A stretch of 64,000 bases of DNA, from assembly GCA_944320305.1 (NCBI GenBank), contig CALUGW010000003.1, positions 45,372 to 109,371 on the forward strand, read 5' to 3'. Made by a program: the position numbers and the translations under genes. Under the pieces are notes generated by a model. That model did not search any database. It was not told the DNA's origin and was given only the letters and a program-made list of their open reading frames with translations. Positions 58,516 through 64,000 of the stretch are shown piece by piece; the first letter of the stretch is position 1; each line of letters opens with the position of its first letter. The stretch is from an uncultured Prevotella sp. (GTDB lineage: Bacteria > Bacteroidota > Bacteroidia > Bacteroidales > Bacteroidaceae).

Positions 58516-59430
58516 ATGGAAACAGAAACCGTGGCCATGCAGATGGCCGTCCTCTTCGCCATTGTCATTGCCGGATTTGTGTGCCACAAGTGCGGCGTGA
58601 TGGGCGGCGAGCTTGACAAGCGGCTGTCGAACCTCGTGATACAGCTCACCTGCCCGTGCCTCATCATCTCCTCAACCATGGGCGACACCATGCCCGACCG
58701 CAGCCGCATCCTGCCGCTGCTGGCCGTGGGGGCGCTCACGTATGCCGTGCTGATAGCCCTGGCCTACGTGCTGCCGCGCCTCATGCCGGTGCGCCGGGCC
58801 GACAGGGGGATGTACAGCTTCATGCTCACCTTTGCCAACGTGGGCTTCATCGGCTATCCCATCGTGGCCTCCGTCTTCGGCCAGAGCGCGGTGTTCTACG
58901 CCTGCATACTTAACGCCCCCAACACCCTCACCATCTTCATCTGGGGCATAATGTTCGTCACCGGGCGCAAGAGCGGCGGCTTCCGCTGGAGCCTGCTCTA
59001 CTCGCCGGCCATGGTGGCCACCTATCTTTCCATTGTGATTGTGGCCTCGGGGTGGCGCGCGCCCGAGGCGGTGGCGCGTCCGTTCAGCCTCGTGGGCGCT
59101 ATGACCGTGCCCGCCGCACTGCTCGTCATCGGGTCGAGCATCGGCGGAATGCCCGTGCGCCGCATGGCCGGCACGCCCGCCACCTACATCATGTGCGCCT
59201 TCCGGCTGCTCATCCTTCCCGTAGGCGTCTTCTATCTTGCCACAGCGCTCGGCGCCGACAGGCACATAGCCTCCATCAACGCCGTGCTCATAGGAATGCC
59301 GGTGGCCTCGTTCGGCACGATGTTCTGCATGAAATACGGCCGCGACGACACCGCCATGACCCAGGGCACCTTTCTTTCCACCCTGCTCTCCGTGGCCACC
59401 ATCCCGCTGCTGGCCGCCATCATATCCTGA
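58516..59430 (+). CDS. AEC (auxin efflux carrier-like) family transporter
   Basis: FANVGFIGYP, IGMPVA and STLLSVATIP motifs; about ten TM helices. Confidence 0.87.
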   Translation: METETVAMQMAVLFAIVIAGFVCHKCGVMGGELDKRLSNLVIQLTCPCLIISSTMGDTMPDRSRILPLLAVGALTYAVLIALAYVLPRLMPVRRADRGMYSFMLTFANVGFIGYPIVASVFGQSAVFYACILNAPNTLTIFIWGIMFVTGRKSGGFRWSLLYSPAMVATYLSIVIVASGWRAPEAVARPFSLVGAMTVPAALLVIGSSIGGMPVRRMAGTPATYIMCAFRLLILPVGVFYLATALGADRHIASINAVLIGMPVASFGTMFCMKYGRDDTAMTQGTFLSTLLSVATIPLLAAIIS

Positions 59431-59534
59431 CGCGCGGCCTGCCCGCTCGCCTGTTTTTGGCCGAAAGTCTTTGCCATGACGGGCCAAATGCGTATCTTTG
59501 CACAGGCTAACCAATCATCAAAACATACGCGACA

Positions 59535-60482
59535 ATGAACAGAATATGCGAACTTTTCGGAATCCGCTATCCGATAATACAAGGCGGAATGGTGTGGTGC
59601 AGCGGCTGGAGGCTGGCCGCCGCCGTGAGCGAGGCGGGCGGCCTGGGGCTGCTCGGCGCCGGGTCTATGCACCCTGAGACGCTCGTGGAGCACATCCGCA
59701 AGATGAAGTCCGCCACCGACAGGCCCTGGGGCGTCAACGTGCCGCTGATGTATCCTGAGATAGAGCGGCTCATGCAGATAATCATCGACGAGGGAGTGAA
59801 GATTGTGTTCACCTCGGCCGGCAGCCCCAAGAAGTTCACCGCGCGGCTCCACGAGGCCGGAATAAAGGTGGCCCACGTGGTGTCGAGCAGCAAGTTCGCC
59901 CGCAAGTGCGAGGAGGCGGGCGTTGACGCCGTGGTGGCCGAGGGCTTCGAGGCCGGCGGCCACAACGGCCGCGAGGAGACCACCACCATGACACTGATAC
60001 CCCAGGTGCGCCGCGCCACGAGCCTGCCGCTGCTGGCCGCAGGCGGAATAGCCGGGGGCGAGGCCATGTTCGCCGCCATGGCGCTGGGCGCCGAGGGCGT
60101 GCAGGTGGGCACGGCCTTTGCCCTGGCCGCCGAAAGCTCGGCCGCCGAGGCGTTCAAGCTGCGCTGCACCGCGCTCGAAGAGGGCGACACCATGCTCTGC
60201 CTGAAGAAGATATCGCCGAGCCGCCTGGTCAAGAACGCCCTCTACGACCGCATAGCCGAGGCCGAGAGCCGGGGCGCCGAGGCCGACGAGCTGCGCTCCA
60301 TCCTGGGCGCGGCGGCATCGAAGCGCGGCATCTTCGAGGGCGACGTTGACGGCGGCGAGCTGGAAATAGGCCAGGTGGCGGCAGCCATCAAGGAGGTGCG
60401 CACGGCCGAAGAGATTGTCAGCGGCATGGTGAGCGGATATGAGAAGACACGCCAGGCCATGGCCGGCGCCGCCATCATGTAG
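59535..60482 (+). CDS. Nitronate monooxygenase / FabK-like flavoenzyme
   Basis: PIIQGGM, AVSEAGGLG, EGFEAGGH, AAGGI and GVQVGT motifs. Confidence 0.9.
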   Translation: MNRICELFGIRYPIIQGGMVWCSGWRLAAAVSEAGGLGLLGAGSMHPETLVEHIRKMKSATDRPWGVNVPLMYPEIERLMQIIIDEGVKIVFTSAGSPKKFTARLHEAGIKVAHVVSSSKFARKCEEAGVDAVVAEGFEAGGHNGREETTTMTLIPQVRRATSLPLLAAGGIAGGEAMFAAMALGAEGVQVGTAFALAAESSAAEAFKLRCTALEEGDTMLCLKKISPSRLVKNALYDRIAEAESRGAEADELRSILGAAASKRGIFEGDVDGGELEIGQVAAAIKEVRTAEEIVSGMVSGYEKTRQAMAGAAIM

Positions 60483-60575
60483 GCCCAGCACAATGCGGCC
60501 CGCGCCCGCCGTGCGCCGCAGCAGGAGCTTGCCCGAGGCTGCCGCAGCAACAAAGTTTAACGTTTCGCCGCTTCG

Positions 60576-60780
60576 GATTTAACACGGCCGAAAGCGGCAA
60601 ACCAGAAACAAAAAGACGCCGGAACCGCACCTGCGGGGCGAAAAGACAGAGACAATTTTGCAATAAGGGCCGTTTCGGAATGCGAAACGGCCCTTATTGC
60701 ATTGCGATATGGCCTGTTTCGCAGTGCGAAACGACCATTTTCACACGGCTGTTTTTGCCAAAAGACATTAAAAACAAGAT
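60576..60780 (+). repeat. Dispersed repeat family A, 5' part
   Basis: Starts with GATTTAACAC and has ACAATTTTGCAA at the same offset as in the 24254 copy. 18-bp-arm palindrome at 60660-60700. Confidence 0.75.
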
Positions 60781-60993
60781 AGAATCCGCCTGTGGCTTTA
60801 ACACTATTTGTGCACACCTTCAGCCCCACAGCACTCAAAGCACTGAGCCGCAGCGTATTACGATTGCACGCGCAAGGCCGCGCCATACGCCGACGGGAAC
60901 GCTTTCGCGCGGAGCGCGGCCATTCTCAGAGGCGCCAGGCGACCGCTTTTTAACATTCCGCCGCCACGTCTCCGGCCACGCAGGCCTGCAGCG

Positions 60994-61884
60994 TCAGCCC
61001 AGAAACGCCTCGATGTTGGCCAGCACCTTCTCGCTCAATCGGCGCGACGCCTGCAGCGTGCGGCCTGTGGAGACGCGGGCGCAGCACACGTGCGGATGGC
61101 CGGCGAAGCGCTCGCCGCCCAGTGCGCCCACCGTGTCGCAGTAGCAAAGGTTGTCGCCGTCTATCCAGCGGGCGAACGCCTCCTCGCTCCATGCGGGCGA
61201 CAGACCCGTGTTGAACAGAATCTTGTGGCTGCCCATGCGGGCGAACTCGGCGTCGCCGAGCAACACCGTGTTCTTGTTGAGGCAGCAGAACACCACGTCG
61301 CCCCACTCCACGAGGTCGCCCAGCGGCATGAAGCGGTAGCCCTTCGCGGCTGCGGCAGGCTTCTCGCCGCGGGCGAAATAGGCCACCTCCGCGCCGAAGA
61401 AGCGCATGGCGTCGGCAATCATTCCGCCCGACTTTCCCAGCCCCACAATGCCGGCCTTAAGCCCCGTTATCTCGCTGGGAGCGCCCAGCCACGGCTCCAC
61501 GCCGAAGCCGTGGAGCCTGCGCACGAGCGCGGCCACGGCATATTCGACCACGCCCTCGTCGCCATAATCCCTGATTCCGGTCACGGTTATGCCGTGCGCC
61601 TCGGCGTAGCGTATGTCAACGTTGGCGCTCTCAGGCGAATAAAGCGAGCAGCACATACCCACATAGCGCACCGACGGGCAGCGCGACAGCACGTCGGCAG
61701 ACAGCGTGGTGGTGTAGCTGAGCAGCACCGCGTCGGCCCCGCCCACGCGCCCGGCAATCTCGCCGGCGCCCTGCGGCACGTCGTCATACATCACAACTTC
61801 GGCCGCCAGACCGCGCAGCCGCTCCACGGCCCACGGCTCCAGGCCCACTGGCTCTATGGCCACAATCTTCTTGAACTTGTCCAT
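60994..61884 (-). CDS. D-isomer 2-hydroxyacid dehydrogenase family NAD-binding protein
   Basis: GIVGLGKSG Rossmann motif; DAVLLSYTT and GIRDYGDEGV segments. Confidence 0.8.
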   Translation of the reverse strand: MDKFKKIVAIEPVGLEPWAVERLRGLAAEVVMYDDVPQGAGEIAGRVGGADAVLLSYTTTLSADVLSRCPSVRYVGMCCSLYSPESANVDIRYAEAHGITVTGIRDYGDEGVVEYAVAALVRRLHGFGVEPWLGAPSEITGLKAGIVGLGKSGGMIADAMRFFGAEVAYFARGEKPAAAAKGYRFMPLGDLVEWGDVVFCCLNKNTVLLGDAEFARMGSHKILFNTGLSPAWSEEAFARWIDGDNLCYCDTVGALGGERFAGHPHVCCARVSTGRTLQASRRLSEKVLANIEAFLG

Positions 61885-62080
61885 GTTGTTTCTGTTTTTG
61901 TTTGCTTACGGTGTGCAAAGATACCAATCCGGCGGCAGTGTCACGCCCCCGCCATGGTTAAAGAATATCAAACAAGTAATAAAGGGTGCAACAACCGTAA
62001 TTTGTTTACCGCCAAAGTCGGGCCAAAATTGTAATTTTGCATCCCGGAAACAAAGAACACAACATACAAAAATCACAGCA

Positions 62081-62929
62081 ATGATGAAAACAATAAGCAA
62101 CACCGAGTTTGGCGGCGAGCGCCCGCTGTTCGCCTCGCACGACCTCCACATCGACAACGTGACCATCCGCGAGGGCGAGTCGGCCATCAAGGAGTGCAGC
62201 AACATCGTGGCGACCAACTGCCGCTTTGAGGGCAACTACCCCTTCTGGCACGTCCACGGCTTCACCATCGACCGCTGCCACTTCGACGTTGGGGGCCGTT
62301 CGGCCCTGTGGTATTCCGACCATCTGAAGATGACAGACACGAAGATAGACGCCCCGAAGATGTTCCGCGAGATGAACGACATCTGCATTGAAAACGTTGA
62401 GATGACCGACGCCGACGAGGTGTTCTGGCGCTGCAGGCGCATCGACGCCCGCAACCTGAGGCTGCACGGCGGCACCTACCCCTTCATGTTCAGCGAGGAC
62501 ATACGCATAGACGGCCTGGAGAGCGACAGCAAGTATGTTTTCCAGTATGTCAGGAACGTCGAGCTGCACCACGCCCGCATCACCACCAAGGACGCATTCT
62601 GGGAGGTTGAGAACGTCACCGTCTACGACTCCGAGCTGAACGGCGAGTATCTGGGCTGGCACTCGCGGGGGCTGCGCCTGGTGAACTGCCACATCACAGG
62701 CGAGCAGCCGCTCTGCTACGCCCACGACCTGGTGCTGGAGAACTGCACCTTCGGCCCCGACTGCGACCGCGCCTTCGAGTACTCCACGCTGCAGGCCGAC
62801 ATACGCGGCTCCATAACCAACATCAAGAACCCCACGTCGGGGCGCATCGTGGCCGACGCGATAGGCTCTGTCACCATCGACGAGAACATCCGCCAGCCCG
62901 CCGACTGCATAATAGAGCAGCGCGGCTGA
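62081..62929 (+). CDS. DUF3737 family beta-helix protein
   Basis: GGERPLF, GNYPFWH, APKMFRE, KDAFWE, GEYLGW and GEQPLCY motifs. Confidence 0.88.
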   Translation: MMKTISNTEFGGERPLFASHDLHIDNVTIREGESAIKECSNIVATNCRFEGNYPFWHVHGFTIDRCHFDVGGRSALWYSDHLKMTDTKIDAPKMFREMNDICIENVEMTDADEVFWRCRRIDARNLRLHGGTYPFMFSEDIRIDGLESDSKYVFQYVRNVELHHARITTKDAFWEVENVTVYDSELNGEYLGWHSRGLRLVNCHITGEQPLCYAHDLVLENCTFGPDCDRAFEYSTLQADIRGSITNIKNPTSGRIVADAIGSVTIDENIRQPADCIIEQRG

Positions 62930-62947
62930 GCGGCAAGCGCAGCAGAA

Positions 62948-62995
62948 GACAAACCGGCCCGGGCGGTCATGGAGAGCCGCCCGGGCCGGTTTGTC
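62948..62995. terminator. Hairpin between convergent genes
   Basis: Perfect 19-bp arms GACAAACCGGCCCGGGCGG / CCGCCCGGGCCGGTTTGTC. Confidence 0.7.
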
Positions 62996-63013
62996 ATGTG
63001 CTCTTGCACGGTG

Positions 63014-63565
63014 TCACCGCCCAAGAGCCTTGCCGGCGGCGCCCCTTCCGGCCGGCGCTCCGCCGCTTATGCTGTCGGCGTTCATCACGTGACGCTTCGC
63101 CCAGTCGCTCCATCCTCCAATCTTCACGAGGTCGAACGAGGCCAGAGTCTCGCCCGTGTCCCAGTCGTCAAAGTAGCCGCGGAAGCGCTGTCCGCTGCCA
63201 ACGGAATAGAGTTCGTAGTTGCGGACAATCACGCGGTAGCCGTCGTAGTAGTCGATATAGATGCGCCCGTTGCGCACTTCCCAGTCAAAGTCAGCGTCAT
63301 AGACATAGCCTGTGCTCCTGTTGTAGTCAATCTCGCGGCCGTAGCCGCCGCTGCTGAAGTCGCCGTCCTGCACGAACCATATCTCCGTGTCCCAGCTGTC
63401 GTGTCCGCCGAAGCGGTCGGAGTAATAGTCGCCCTGTATGCTTCCCTGCCAGTAACCGTTCAGGTCGTAGGCCTGGTCCACGTCGTCGTCGGTGCAGCCG
63501 GTCACTGCCAGCATTGTGACAAACAGCGCGATGGCTGTCGCAATGTAGTGTCTTGTCTTGCTCAT
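63014..63565 (-). CDS. Hypothetical lipoprotein (beta-rich)
   Basis: Lipobox VTGC, acidic export-type segment TDDDVD, L.G.W.G lipocalin-like pattern. Confidence 0.65.
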   Translation of the reverse strand: MSKTRHYIATAIALFVTMLAVTGCTDDDVDQAYDLNGYWQGSIQGDYYSDRFGGHDSWDTEIWFVQDGDFSSGGYGREIDYNRSTGYVYDADFDWEVRNGRIYIDYYDGYRVIVRNYELYSVGSGQRFRGYFDDWDTGETLASFDLVKIGGWSDWAKRHVMNADSISGGAPAGRGAAGKALGR

Positions 63566-63648
63566 AAATATTGATTGTTGTTTGTTTGGCACAAAGTTAC
63601 GAAAAAGTTTTTAAATTCCCGCCTGCCGGTAACGCCAGTTCCGCATCG

Positions 63649-64000
63649 TCATTCCCTTTCGGCGCGGCAGCGGCTGCCGCCATCCTCATCAGCGGAACGC
63701 TTGCCGAAGTCGGGGTCAATCTTCAGAAACGCCGACACGACGAACGTCATCGAGCAGGCAATCACCACGATGATGAAGAACATCCTGTAGCCCACGGCCT
63801 CCTGGAGCGCGCCGGCAAAGAGTCCGGGAATCATCATCGACAGGGCCATGAAAGCCGTGCAGAGGGCATAATGGGCGGTCTTGTGCTCGCCCTGGCTGTA
63901 ATAAATAAGGTAGAGCATATAGGCCGAGAAGCCGAAACCGTAGCCGAACTGCTCGATGAACACGCAGGCATTGATAACCAGCAGGCTGTCGGGCATGGCG
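63649..64000 (-). CDS. MFS transporter (AmpG-like), C-terminal part
   Basis: EQFGYGFGFSAYM, TAHYALCTAFMALSMM.PG and G.LQE.VGY motifs. The N-terminus is outside the window. Confidence 0.85.
   Translation of the reverse strand, partial: AMPDSLLVINACVFIEQFGYGFGFSAYMLYLIYYSQGEHKTAHYALCTAFMALSMMIPGLFAGALQEAVGYRMFFIIVVIACSMTFVVSAFLKIDPDFGKRSADEDGGSRCRAERE

Overview
Chromosomal window from a Bacteroidales bacterium, most likely Prevotellaceae. This rests on TAnnTTTG -7 promoter boxes, A-rich translation starts without Shine-Dalgarno sequences, the trpBEGDCFA gene order, a short RpoD and a T9SS-type C-terminus. Most of it is core genome: AddA/UvrD helicase (partial), RpoD-family sigma, tRNA-Arg(CCG), ROK kinase, rfbD, prfC, tsaC, ClC, fmt, rpe, an attenuated trp operon, rny-zapA, rfbA-wzc-HAD, pyrKD, holA, Nif3 plus zinc-ribbon protein, agmatine deiminase and N-carbamoylputrescine amidase, glutamine synthetase III and a FabK-like enzyme. 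The strongest candidate for an undescribed system is an accessory cassette between trpA and rny. It has a promoter, a ~250-nt heavily base-paired leader RNA, an EcoRI-family adenine methyltransferase whose 3' two-thirds is AT-rich (mosaic), and a coupled DUF262-HNH nuclease. Other non-routine signals are at least three families of dispersed palindromic intergenic elements, including a collinear 337-bp element and REPIN-like hairpins with perfect 37- and 52-bp arms. There are also two small ORFs missed by the ORF track, a ~780-bp AT-rich motif-dense intergenic region, a Wzc with a 14-Tyr tail coupled to a HAD phosphatase, and a relic of a third TlpA gene. No CRISPR array, transposase, integrase or reverse transcriptase was seen. 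All family assignments come from motif recognition by eye; no database searches were run.
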